38,051 bases of DNA from IMG/VR virus record IMGVR_UViG_3300025018_000290, positions 1 through 38,051 of that record; one strand, given 5' to 3'. Below, piece after piece: positions 9,072-18,508 of the stretch. A program made the translations under genes and the position numbers. How positions within the stretch are numbered: the stretch's first letter is position 1; each line of letters starts with the position of its first letter. The notes under the pieces are model-generated. The model worked only from the letters and a program-made list of their open reading frames with translations, ran no database searches and was not told where the DNA came from. The DNA comes from a virus (lineage: Duplodnaviria > Caudoviricetes).

Positions 9072-11513
9072 ATGAAGTTTATAAACGTAAAATTTAAGAA
9101 TTTTAAAAGTTATCCAGATAATGAGGTAGAGCTTGATTTATCTTTTAAAGGAGCTAAATTAGTTGTAGGAAAAAACGGAGCTGGTAAATCCACTGCTCTT
9201 GAGGCAATAGGCTGGATTATCTACGGCAAGACACAAGATAGCTCAGATGGTATAGTTAATCGAGTTACCAAGAAAGATTGCAAGGGGGAGCTAAATTTCT
9301 TCATAGGCAAGGATCTATACTCTATCGTAAGATACAGAAGACATACAGAATATGGAAATAAGCTTTTCTTGTTTAAGAACAAGAAAGATGTATCTTCTCC
9401 TAAAGCACCAGAAACACAAAATATGATTAATGATGTTGTAGGAATTCCATATCTTGGATTTATTTCTTCTATTTATTATTCTATGGAACAAGCTGGTGGT
9501 TTTTTAAGAACAAAGAATTCTGATAGATTAAAGAAAATAGAAGCAGTTTTACCTATAGGAAGTATTAATGCTATTAGAGATAAAATAAAAAAAGATATTG
9601 ATGTTTTATCAGAAAAAGAGAAAGCTTTAAAAGATGAAAAGAATGCTATAGAAGTTTCTATAGAAGAAAAGAAATATAGTATTGTAAGATATAAAGAAAA
9701 TTGTTTAAGGCAAGAAGAAGAGATAAATAAATCAATAGTTAAAATTGATGCTGATATAAAATATTTAAAAGAGAATAATGAAGAAAACTCTAAAATAGAT
9801 ATAGATACTGAATTTAAAAAAATAAAAAACTATTCTATAAAAAAAGCGGTAGATGAATTAAAAAATTCTTTAAATAAAAGTTTGGTGGATTTAGAAAAAA
9901 ATTTATTTGAACTTCAGAATGATCTTTCTTCTATACCTATTTCTAAGAAAGTTTTTAAAAGAAATTTATTAGAAAAACAAATTTGCGATATAAGCTCTGA
10001 GCAATTAGAAATTTCTAATATAGAAAAAGAAATTTCTGAAATAGAAGAAATAGATATTAGTTCTAATCTTAAATTAATAGAGCAGAAAAGAAAACTAGAA
10101 ATAGTAAAACTAGAATTAGAAAATTCTATAAAAAATATACAAAGAGACTATTCCTTTCTTCTAGAAAAAGAAGCGGAAATTGAAAGAATTCAATCTGAAA
10201 TTGAAAAAAAGAAAATTAGCTTCAACGAAGCAGCTGAGCATAGAAGCGTTTGCCCTACTTGTAATCAAACTATAACAGACGAAATATTTTTAATAATAAA
10301 AGAAAAGCACGAAAAAGAATTAGATGTATTACAGAAGAATATTGTTGAAAGAAAACAAGAAATAGAAAGCGATAAGTTCAATAATGTCAAAAAAGAGTTC
10401 GAGAATACTGTTCCTGAAAATAAAGAAAAAATAGAGAAAATATCAACAGCTATTAGCGCTATTATTGTAAAATATTCAGAAGATTTTCTTTTAAGCCTTG
10501 AAGAAAGTAAGAAAAAACTTACTAATGATCTTTTAAATAAAAAGAATAAAATTAATGATACATTAAAGAATAATGAAAAAATAAATTCTCAGTTAGAAAT
10601 TTTAAATTCTGACATAGGAGATTTAACAGGATTTAATTTAATTGATCTTAATTCTTTAGAAGAATATGAAATATTGGAAAATAAAATTTCATCTGAAATA
10701 CAGAGAATAAACAATAGCATAAAATTGAGTAAGGAAGAAGATGAAGAAGTAAAAAGAAAAATAGATATTTTAGAATCTAATTATGATGAAAGTCTTGGTA
10801 TTTCTAAATATTCAGAAGATTTCTTAAATAACATAAAAGAACTTAATGATAAGTTTAATGAAAATATAGAAAAGCTTGAAAGAAATAAAAGTGATTTAAA
10901 CATAAAACTAACAAGCTTATTTGATAAAGAATATGTTAAGCAAATAGAAAACGAAATAGAGCCAGCTAACAATAAGTTATCAGAAACAGAAAAGAAGTTA
11001 TTCGCTACAGTTAATGTATTGAAACATTGTGCATATTTATATGAGTATATATTATCCAATAAGTCAGAGGGATTTAAGAAATATTTTATATCCAAGATAG
11101 TTGATACTTTTAATGAAAAAATAAATTTCTTCTTAGAATTCTTTTTTGAAGAAAAAGTAGAAATTGTTTTTGATAAAGAACTTAATGAAATAATTAAAGT
11201 AGATGGAGAAGAAGTTGCTTTTAATTCTTTTAGTTCTGGTCAAAAGACAAGAGCAGAAACAGCAATTTCCTTTGCTATGTTTTCATTAGTAAAAGTGTTT
11301 TTCTCTAATGAGATAAACTTAGCGGTTTTTGATGAAGTGCTTGATGCCAACTTAGATAAAGAAGGTGTGGAGGCTGCTATAAATATATTAAAATATTTTA
11401 CTGAAGATAATGCTGTTTTTATAATGTCACATAGAGAAGAAGTTCAAGAGAAATTTGCTAATAAGATTGTTGTAGTAAGAGAGAATGGTTTAACGAGAAT
11501 AAAAGAAATTTAA
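9072..11513 (+). CDS. Rad50/SbcC-like ATPase (T4 gp46-like)
   Basis: GKNGAGKS Walker A, long coiled coil with CPTC zinc hook, FSSGQ signature, FDEVLD Walker B, SH. Confidence 0.9.
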   Translation: MKFINVKFKNFKSYPDNEVELDLSFKGAKLVVGKNGAGKSTALEAIGWIIYGKTQDSSDGIVNRVTKKDCKGELNFFIGKDLYSIVRYRRHTEYGNKLFLFKNKKDVSSPKAPETQNMINDVVGIPYLGFISSIYYSMEQAGGFLRTKNSDRLKKIEAVLPIGSINAIRDKIKKDIDVLSEKEKALKDEKNAIEVSIEEKKYSIVRYKENCLRQEEEINKSIVKIDADIKYLKENNEENSKIDIDTEFKKIKNYSIKKAVDELKNSLNKSLVDLEKNLFELQNDLSSIPISKKVFKRNLLEKQICDISSEQLEISNIEKEISEIEEIDISSNLKLIEQKRKLEIVKLELENSIKNIQRDYSFLLEKEAEIERIQSEIEKKKISFNEAAEHRSVCPTCNQTITDEIFLIIKEKHEKELDVLQKNIVERKQEIESDKFNNVKKEFENTVPENKEKIEKISTAISAIIVKYSEDFLLSLEESKKKLTNDLLNKKNKINDTLKNNEKINSQLEILNSDIGDLTGFNLIDLNSLEEYEILENKISSEIQRINNSIKLSKEEDEEVKRKIDILESNYDESLGISKYSEDFLNNIKELNDKFNENIEKLERNKSDLNIKLTSLFDKEYVKQIENEIEPANNKLSETEKKLFATVNVLKHCAYLYEYILSNKSEGFKKYFISKIVDTFNEKINFFLEFFFEEKVEIVFDKELNEIIKVDGEEVAFNSFSSGQKTRAETAISFAMFSLVKVFFSNEINLAVFDEVLDANLDKEGVEAAINILKYFTEDNAVFIMSHREEVQEKFANKIVVVRENGLTRIKEI

Positions 11514-11542
11514 AAAAAAGCCCCTAATTAGGGGCTTTTTTT
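11513..11542. terminator. bidirectional intrinsic terminator
   Basis: Perfect palindrome AAAAAAAGCCCCTAATTAGGGGCTTTTTTT between convergent genes. Confidence 0.85.
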
Positions 11543-14027
11543 ATGAAATTCCAAATCTTGTTCCTACTTTCTGAGCGAGTAGTCTTGCTCTTTTTTTGGC
11601 TTCAACTTCTGGAACAGTTTCAACTTCTGCTTGTTTAACAGTTTCATCTTCTGGTTTAACTTTTGAAACTTTTGGTGCTTCTTGGGATTGTTGTTTATTT
11701 TGTGGAGCTTCCTGTTTTTCTTGTGAAGCTTGTGCAGTTTCTTGGGTTTGTTGTGTAGTATTATTTAATTTGCTATTTACTGCATTAACAGCCTTTCTCT
11801 GCTCTGCAACTTTATTTAAAGCTTCTTTTGCTCTTGAAACAACAGAAGAAGAAGCTATATTTTTTGCTGCCTTTGCTGTTGCATCTGCAATTCTTGCAGC
11901 TGGTCTATAAAGAGCAGAACCCTTTACTGCTTTCTCAACCTTTCTAGCTGCAACATCAACTGCCCCTACTTTTTGTAATCTATTTAATCTTTGAGTTGCT
12001 ACATCAAGTTCTTCTCTAACTTTTCCTTTTTCTTCTTCTGGAAGACCTGTGTCATTAAGTTTTGCTTTTAATGCTTTTATTGTTTCTTGTTCTTTTTCTA
12101 TGTCACCCTGTCTTCTGGAAAGAACATCTTCTTTATTTGCTTCTTTTTTTTCTGCTTTTAAAGCTCCAGCTTCTTCTTTTGCTGCTTCTTTTCTGCCAAC
12201 TCTTTTTTCTAAGGTTTCAATTTGGTTTCCATAAACAGTGTTAAGTGTTCCAAATTCTCTATCTGCTTTTGCTATTAAAGCATTGGCTCTTCTGATAGAA
12301 TTTTCTGTAGGGAAATCAGTTAAAAGTTTTGTTGCTTTTTCTAAATCAGACTTTATTTTAGAGGAAGATGATTTAAAGTCTTTACTTACTTTTAAAGCAT
12401 TCATCTTAATTGTTCCTACAGCAGGTGCTCTATTGACTAAATCGTTTATCTTAATAGTAAAATCATTTATTTTTTTAGATATTTCATCGTGATATTCTGT
12501 TGCTCTATCTTTATTAACTTCTTCCTTACTTGAAAGCTTTTCTTCTTTTCCTTTTTCTTCGGAAGAAGTTTCATCTTCTTCCTCTTGATCTTTTTCTGTT
12601 TCTTTTGTTTGCTCTGAAGCTGGACTAGAGGTATTTTTTTCTTCTTTGGGTTGCACCGCAGGCTCTTCTGATTTTGCAGCTGGTTGTTCTACTTTTTGCT
12701 CTTCAGCTGATGGGCCTTCTCCAGATGCAATTTTTTCCAAGTCAGAAAGAATTTCTTTGTTTTTTATAGTCTTCTTTGCTTTATTCATAAAATCTGAAAA
12801 AGCATCATCTTCGAAAGTATCAAGAATTTCATCTGTGGAAATTTTATTTTGTTTCCAATCACTTACCATTTGTTGAATATTTTTCTGATTTATTTTGTTT
12901 CCAGAAGCCCAAAAATCATAGGCAGTTTTTGCAGAGTTTTGCATCTCAGAGCCTTGTTTTTCTTGTTGAGCTTCTGGTTTTTCTTGCTGAACTCCAGAGT
13001 TATCTTTTATTTTTTTTATGTTTGCGTTTGGTTGTTGTTGAACTTTTTCTTCTTTTTGATTATCTTGTTGAACAGGTGCTACCCCATCTCCCTTTAGATT
13101 TCTTCCATCTTCAAGGTGTCCATAAATTTTCTTTAATGCTCCTAAGTTTTTAGGTTTTTCTGTTCTTGAAAATTTCATCATTGCTTCAAATCTTTTTTCT
13201 CCAAGAAGTTTTCTTAATTCTGTAACTGGTTTGCTTCCAGCGTTTTTATCTGCTTCCTTTGCTATAGCTTTAAAAACATTTGAAACAACAGCTGGGTAAT
13301 CTTTACCTGCTATTTGTTCTTCCTTAAGTTTTGGAAAAACTTGCTTTAAAAAACTTTTTCCATCCATCTTCTTAGACATATAGTTATCAAAATTATTTAC
13401 AAATTGCTGTGCATTAAAAAAGTCTTTATCTTTTGAAATGGTTGTGGCTAAAGTATTTGCGTTTTTTATAGGAACTAAATCTGTAGTAGTCGTGTTAGGA
13501 GATTGACTATTTTTTGCTAATACTTCTTTAGAAGCAACATAAAGTCCTTTATCTGCATTTTTTGTGGATACTTCTTTTTTTTCTGCAGATTTTGTGCTAG
13601 GTCTTTCGTTGTAAACATTTAATATTTCTTTTGCAATTTTTGATTTTGTAGGTGTTCCTGTTTCAGCAATTTCTTTGAATTTATTTTCATCAAAATTAAG
13701 AGGTTTTTCACCTTGCTTAAGAGCTGTTAGAAAATTTTTCATTTTATCAACAGTTAATTCTTTTGCTATATTTTTGCTATTTTTAGAAGATTTTTCTCTT
13801 GTTATGCTTCCGTCGCTTCCACCACTTGTAAAACCTTGATTAGAATTTACCATATCATCATCTTCGCCATTAGCTCCGTTTTCTAAATCATCAATATTTC
13901 CAGCGTCTACAGAAACGCCATCATATGCCGAAGAAGCTAAGTCTTTTACTTTTTTAGGCTTTTTTGTTCTTGCTTCTGAAATGATCTTCTCTTTTTGCTC
14001 TTCTAAAATTGAATAAAAATTTTTCAT
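11541..14027 (-). CDS. 828-aa K/E/Q/A-rich, largely disordered/coiled-coil protein with capsid-targeting-like N-terminus
   Basis: Starts MKNFYSILEE..KIISEA; late motif at 14072-14081; SD AGGA; low complexity. Confidence 0.6.
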   Translation of the reverse strand: MKNFYSILEEQKEKIISEARTKKPKKVKDLASSAYDGVSVDAGNIDDLENGANGEDDDMVNSNQGFTSGGSDGSITREKSSKNSKNIAKELTVDKMKNFLTALKQGEKPLNFDENKFKEIAETGTPTKSKIAKEILNVYNERPSTKSAEKKEVSTKNADKGLYVASKEVLAKNSQSPNTTTTDLVPIKNANTLATTISKDKDFFNAQQFVNNFDNYMSKKMDGKSFLKQVFPKLKEEQIAGKDYPAVVSNVFKAIAKEADKNAGSKPVTELRKLLGEKRFEAMMKFSRTEKPKNLGALKKIYGHLEDGRNLKGDGVAPVQQDNQKEEKVQQQPNANIKKIKDNSGVQQEKPEAQQEKQGSEMQNSAKTAYDFWASGNKINQKNIQQMVSDWKQNKISTDEILDTFEDDAFSDFMNKAKKTIKNKEILSDLEKIASGEGPSAEEQKVEQPAAKSEEPAVQPKEEKNTSSPASEQTKETEKDQEEEDETSSEEKGKEEKLSSKEEVNKDRATEYHDEISKKINDFTIKINDLVNRAPAVGTIKMNALKVSKDFKSSSSKIKSDLEKATKLLTDFPTENSIRRANALIAKADREFGTLNTVYGNQIETLEKRVGRKEAAKEEAGALKAEKKEANKEDVLSRRQGDIEKEQETIKALKAKLNDTGLPEEEKGKVREELDVATQRLNRLQKVGAVDVAARKVEKAVKGSALYRPAARIADATAKAAKNIASSSVVSRAKEALNKVAEQRKAVNAVNSKLNNTTQQTQETAQASQEKQEAPQNKQQSQEAPKVSKVKPEDETVKQAEVETVPEVEAKKRARLLAQKVGTRFGIS

Positions 14028-14071
14028 TTATATTTTTTCCTAAAACTAATAGTAGTATATAAAAACCAGAA

Positions 14072-14081
14072 TTAACTTTAC
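14072..14081 (-). promoter_or_regulatory. putative late promoter GTAAAGTTAA
   Basis: Exact motif copy on the minus strand upstream of the 828-aa gene. Confidence 0.6.
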
Positions 14082-14123
14082 AAAAAGAAAAGTGTAAGTT
14101 AAACGATCTGTCTTGTAAAATTA

Positions 14124-14152
14124 TTGACAAAGAATTTTTTAAATTTTATATT
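14124..14152 (+). promoter_or_regulatory. sigma70-type promoter TTGACA-N17-TATATT
   Basis: Consensus elements and spacing, intergenic. Confidence 0.75.
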
Positions 14153-14169
14153 TTAAATAAGGGGAAAAA

Positions 14170-15162
14170 ATGATTTCATATCTAACCACAGGAATATTAG
14201 CAATATTAGCGTCAATCGCAATCTCTATAGCAAGTGCTTGGTTTTCAATAAACGGAATGGCTGCGATATTTATCTCTCTTCAGCTCCCTGTAATGTATAT
14301 GACAGGAGTTCTTGAATTAGGAAAAACAATAACAGCAGTATGGCTTGAATACAACTGGGAAAAAACAAACAAAATATTAAGAACTGTTCTTATAACTATA
14401 ACAGCTATTTTAATTCTTTTTTCTTCTTCAGGTATATTTGGCTATCTCTCTAAAGCATATGCAGACGAAAGAGCCAGAGGTGGATCTAATAACGTAGCAA
14501 CAGAAAGAATAGAAAGTGCTATAGAAAGAGAAAGAACGAATATTGAAAGACAAGAAAGCGAACTTATTAAATATGATGAAACAGTAGGTGGTTTTCTTGA
14601 TATATATCAAGAGTATGATAATGCTACAACTGGACTTAGGCAGTTTAATGAAACAAGACAAGCTAGAGATGTAATAGTTGGATCTATAAATAATTCTTAT
14701 ATAGCCATAGAGAGTTTGGAATCAGAACTTCAGGAGTTAAGAATAGAAAATGTTAATAGAGAAGCTAATATAGGGCCTATAATTTATATAGCCCAACTTC
14801 TTTATGGGCAAGAAGAAGTTACTCAAGAAACTTTAGATGCCGCAGTAAGAATGATGATTATTATAATACTTTTAGTATTTGATCCATTAGCTGTTCTTTT
14901 AATGGTTGCTGGAAATTTAGCTATAAAAAATTATGCTATTGCAAAGAAATCAATTCAACAAGAAATTCTTAAAAAAGACATTGTAGTAGCTCCTAAAACT
15001 ACTAGACAAAGAAAAAAGAAACTAGTAGATACTGAAAAAAGCGAAGCTCCAGTTGTCAAGAAGATATCTGATATACCAGATATTCCTGTTGACAAAAAAA
15101 AGAAAATAAACGATAATATTGAAAAGCCTATATATTTTATAGGTCTAAAGGGAAGGAGCTAA
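14170..15162 (+). CDS. membrane protein with coiled coil (type common in large T4-like phages)
   Basis: Three N-terminal hydrophobic helices (...LELGKTITAVWL.YNW...SGIFGYLSKA), coiled coil, C-terminal TM with VFDPLAVLL. Confidence 0.7.
   Translation: MISYLTTGILAILASIAISIASAWFSINGMAAIFISLQLPVMYMTGVLELGKTITAVWLEYNWEKTNKILRTVLITITAILILFSSSGIFGYLSKAYADERARGGSNNVATERIESAIERERTNIERQESELIKYDETVGGFLDIYQEYDNATTGLRQFNETRQARDVIVGSINNSYIAIESLESELQELRIENVNREANIGPIIYIAQLLYGQEEVTQETLDAAVRMMIIIILLVFDPLAVLLMVAGNLAIKNYAIAKKSIQQEILKKDIVVAPKTTRQRKKKLVDTEKSEAPVVKKISDIPDIPVDKKKKINDNIEKPIYFIGLKGRS
15089..15117 (+). promoter_or_regulatory. possible sigma70-type promoter TTGACA-N17-GATAAT upstream of DnaE fragment 1
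   Basis: Consensus -35, near-consensus -10, inside the 3' end of the previous gene. Confidence 0.45.
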
Positions 15163-15169
15163 ATAATTA

Positions 15170-16444
15170 ATGGGTTTTAACCATCTTCATTTACATTGTC
15201 AGTTAGGTTCTAGGTTAGATGCACTTTTAAATCCAGAAGATGCAATAAAAAAAGCAAAAGAAAGTGGACATACTTCCGTCGCTATCACAGATCATGGAAG
15301 TCTTTCTTCTCATTGGGAAATTTTTGAAGCCTCTAAGAAACACGGCGTTAAGCCAATTTATGGTTGCGAGGTTTATGTAAACAATAGTTTAATTTCTTTA
15401 AAAGAAGATAATATAAAAAGAGAGAGAACGAAAGATCATCATTTAATTCTACTAGCCAAAAACAAAATTGGCTATAAAAATCTTCTATATTTAAATTATT
15501 TATCAAATAAAGACGAAGAACATTTTTACTACAGAAATAGACTAACAGAAAAAGAAATATTTGAAAACTCAGAAGGATTAATTTGCGGAACAGCTTGTAT
15601 GGCTAGTCCATTTGCTGATGCTTTAAAAAGAAGTGAAGAAGAGGCAGAAAACAAAATCCTTGAATACTATAGCGTGTTTAAAGAGAATTTTTATCTTGAG
15701 CTTCAACTCAATGAATTAGTTAAAGATATGGAGGGATTTAAAGAAGGCCAGAAGACAATAAATGATTTTATGATTAAGATGTCTAAGAAGCACGATCTTC
15801 CTTTAGTTCTTACTGGAGATGTTCATTATCTTGAGAAGGATGGAGCCGCTAAACAGATAATATCTTTAACAATAGCTCAGGGCGGAGATTTAGTAAAAAA
15901 TCCTGTTAACTTTATTGAAGCAAGAAGTCTCTATTATCAAGTAGAAGATGATTTTCAAAGATTTAATATAGAGTATGGTTACAATTATTCAGAAAAAGAT
16001 ATCTCTACTTGGTTGGGCAACACTCAATTTATTGTGGATAAAATAGAATATCAAATAGAAGAATCCGATAGAATACATTTACCTAAATTTTCCGATAATG
16101 ATGAAGGAGAATTGATAACTAAGGCCGAGATAGGAATAATGTCGAGGTTTAATGTTTCCTCTCTTTTAGATATACCAAAAGAATATAAAGACAGGCTTAT
16201 GTATGAATTAGAGGTAATTATAAGAAAGAATTTTTCTAGTTACCTTCTTATCTTAGCTGATGTAGTAAATCATTTCAAAGAAGAGGGTCATATGTTTGGA
16301 GGAGCCAGAGGTAGTGCTGCAGGAAGTCTTGTTGCTTATTCTTTAGGAATAACTGAAATAGATCCTATACAATTTGGCTTATTGTTTGAAAGATTTTTGT
16401 CAGACTCTAGATCGCCTGATTATAGTTATAAGTTTTTTAATTAA
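15170..16444 (+). CDS. dnaE: DNA polymerase III alpha, fragment 1 (PHP domain + start of palm)
   Basis: HLHLH, AITDHG, GCEVY, HLILLAKN..GYKNL, TAC, GDVHY, RGSAAGSLVAY.LGIT.IDP, FERFL; stops before the catalytic DxD. Confidence 0.9.
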   Translation: MGFNHLHLHCQLGSRLDALLNPEDAIKKAKESGHTSVAITDHGSLSSHWEIFEASKKHGVKPIYGCEVYVNNSLISLKEDNIKRERTKDHHLILLAKNKIGYKNLLYLNYLSNKDEEHFYYRNRLTEKEIFENSEGLICGTACMASPFADALKRSEEEAENKILEYYSVFKENFYLELQLNELVKDMEGFKEGQKTINDFMIKMSKKHDLPLVLTGDVHYLEKDGAAKQIISLTIAQGGDLVKNPVNFIEARSLYYQVEDDFQRFNIEYGYNYSEKDISTWLGNTQFIVDKIEYQIEESDRIHLPKFSDNDEGELITKAEIGIMSRFNVSSLLDIPKEYKDRLMYELEVIIRKNFSSYLLILADVVNHFKEEGHMFGGARGSAAGSLVAYSLGITEIDPIQFGLLFERFLSDSRSPDYSYKFFN

Positions 16445-16455
16445 TGGAGTAAATA

Positions 16456-17322
16456 GTGGAATTTGAAGAGTTAAAGAAAATATGCGACGAAAAAATAAAA
16501 GAGTTCCCTGACTTTCAGAAACAATATAGAAAGGAGATAATAGGCGCCAAGAGATATTATAATAATGGAACCAACCTTTATGAAGAATTCGTAAATAAAA
16601 AGGAGAAAATTGATAATAGGTATGTCCTCCCCTTTCTTTTAGGATTTACTAATAAAATAGATACAAGTAAGGAAATGGAACTTGTTCAAATAAAACAAGG
16701 AGATACTGGTGCTATTGATATTGATACAGATAGTCCTTCTTATTTAAAAGAAAGCATATTCAACTATCTTTCAGAAAAATATGGAAAAGAGAATGTCTTA
16801 AAAGTAGGAACTCAATCAAGACTTGGTTTCAAGTCTGCTACAAAAGATATTCTAAGAGTTTTTGGTATTCCTTTTAAGGAAAGTAATGAATTTACTTCAG
16901 TAATAGATAACGAACTTTCTTGGGAAGATAATATTAAAAATATTGCAGAAAACTATCCAGATAAATATGAGTTCTATCTTAAACATAAAAAGAAAATAGA
17001 CTTAGCTCAAGACTTTAATGGAAAAGTTCGTCAAAATGGAGTTCATGCTGGGGGCGTGATCGTAACAGATAAGCCCGTATATGAATATATTCCTGTAGAG
17101 AGAATTTCTGGAGTTCCTGTAACTGCATATCCTGAAAGTGGATCAGAGGCAGTTCTTGATAAAAATCATATAGTAAAATTTGACTTTCTTTCTATTACAA
17201 TTTTAGATGTTATGACTTATGCTTTAGAAATTCTGCAAAAAAAGAAAACTAAGTTGTTTCTTATAGAAGAGGATGGAATTAAAAAAATAGTTCCAGAAGA
17301 ATACTTGCAAGAAAACGCTTGA
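16456..17322 (+). CDS. dnaE: DNA polymerase III alpha, fragment 2 (catalytic palm + thumb)
   Basis: DIDTD, YL.EKYGKENV, G..RQ.GVHAGGV, KFDFL; own SD GGAG and GTG start preceded by an in-frame TAA. Confidence 0.9.
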   Translation: MEFEELKKICDEKIKEFPDFQKQYRKEIIGAKRYYNNGTNLYEEFVNKKEKIDNRYVLPFLLGFTNKIDTSKEMELVQIKQGDTGAIDIDTDSPSYLKESIFNYLSEKYGKENVLKVGTQSRLGFKSATKDILRVFGIPFKESNEFTSVIDNELSWEDNIKNIAENYPDKYEFYLKHKKKIDLAQDFNGKVRQNGVHAGGVIVTDKPVYEYIPVERISGVPVTAYPESGSEAVLDKNHIVKFDFLSITILDVMTYALEILQKKKTKLFLIEEDGIKKIVPEEYLQENA

Positions 17323-17347
17323 CAATAAAATAAATTTTGATTATAAT
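17319..17347 (+). promoter_or_regulatory. perfect sigma70 promoter TTGACA-N17-TATAAT overlapping the fragment-2 stop
   Basis: Exact consensus. Confidence 0.85.
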
Positions 17348-17370
17348 TTATTAAAAGAGGTAAGTGTAAG

Positions 17371-17913
17371 ATGAATGTTTTTGTTTTAGATGAAGATATT
17401 ATTAAAAGTGTTCAATATTATTACGATAGTCATGTTGTAAAAATTATTCTTGAAGCAGCTCAGTGCTTATCTACTGCACATAGAGTATTAGATGGAAAAG
17501 AAGAATTGCAATTATCTAAAAATGGAAGAAGATTAAAAAGATTTATTTTAGAAAATAATAACGATGATTATTATTTAGCAACTCATGTCAATCATCCTCT
17601 AAATATTTTTATAAGAGAAAGTAAAGAAAATTATAATTTTATTTATAATTATTTTTTAGAGCTAAATAAAGAATTTAGTTATAGATTTAATAAAATACAT
17701 TTATCTTATAAAAAATTAAATGATCTTTTAATAAATACTCCTAAAAATATAAATAAAGAAAAGCATTTTAATTTAGAATACTACCCAAGGATGATGGGAG
17801 AATATGTTGACAAAAATTTAAATGTAGTTGATAATTATAGAAAATATTATAAAGAGGGAAAAAGCCACCTTATAAAATATACAAAAAGAGAAAAACCAGA
17901 ATGGCTTTTATAG
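17371..17913 (+). CDS. pyrimidine-dimer DNA glycosylase (DenV)-related phage protein
   Basis: MNVFVLDED......D.HVVKIILE.AQ.LSTAHR...TH.NHP...E...RF.KIH...YR.YY...K...YTKR..PEW family pattern. Confidence 0.65.
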   Translation: MNVFVLDEDIIKSVQYYYDSHVVKIILEAAQCLSTAHRVLDGKEELQLSKNGRRLKRFILENNNDDYYLATHVNHPLNIFIRESKENYNFIYNYFLELNKEFSYRFNKIHLSYKKLNDLLINTPKNINKEKHFNLEYYPRMMGEYVDKNLNVVDNYRKYYKEGKSHLIKYTKREKPEWLL

Positions 17914-17922
17914 GAATAAGAT

Positions 17923-18249
17923 ATGCAACAATTAGTGTTTTTAAGATCTAAAACAAATAATCTCATTTATATAATGAAACTAGATATTGATACTCCATTA
18001 TATAATGATGAGCTTATAGAAGAAGGTTTATATAAACTTAAGGGCATAAAAATTTCCGATAAAGAATTAGAAGAAATAGATGATTTTTATGCTTATTTTA
18101 AACAGAATAAAAAATCTTATACTTTTTATCCCTTTAAATTTCATTCTCTTTTTTATAGTTCTATTCACAATATTTCAAAAGAAGAAATTATGAAAAAATT
18201 ATACGCTGTTACACAAGAAGAAAACGGGCAATATCTATTCATTTTTTAA
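17923..18249 (+). CDS. hypothetical protein
   Basis: 108-aa ORF with SD AGGA in operon. Confidence 0.55.
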   Translation: MQQLVFLRSKTNNLIYIMKLDIDTPLYNDELIEEGLYKLKGIKISDKELEEIDDFYAYFKQNKKSYTFYPFKFHSLFYSSIHNISKEEIMKKLYAVTQEENGQYLFIF

Positions 18250-18259
18250 AGGAGAAAAA

Positions 18260-18505
18260 ATGCCACAACCAAGAAGAACTAAACAAATTCTTTCATCCGA
18301 AGGAAATCAAAGAATTGATGAAAGTTTAGAAAGATTTGAAGATGTTTTAAATTTTATGGAAGAAGAGCTAATGAATGAAGAGCCATCTTTAATCAAGCTT
18401 GCAAATTTACATGGAAAATTAACTGGATTTTATAGAGAAATAATTTATTTTAGGAATAAGTTCGAAGACAAGAGGCATAAAGCAAATACTTCTAGAAGGG
18501 GTTAA
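18260..18505 (+). CDS. hypothetical protein
   Basis: 81-aa ORF, SD AAGGAG. Confidence 0.55.
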   Translation: MPQPRRTKQILSSEGNQRIDESLERFEDVLNFMEEELMNEEPSLIKLANLHGKLTGFYREIIYFRNKFEDKRHKANTSRRG

Positions 18506-18508
18506 AGT

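Noticed and set aside
11596-13153. Plus-strand ORFs inside the 828-aa gene, and similar antisense ORFs elsewhere in the track
   Set aside because: F/S/L-rich shadow frames of K/E-rich genes on the opposite strand, with no SD or recognisable motifs
16425-16460. Programmed frameshift fusing DnaE fragments 1 and 2 at the TTTTTTA run
   Set aside because: The fragment-2 frame has TAA at 16450-16452 directly before its start, and it has its own SD
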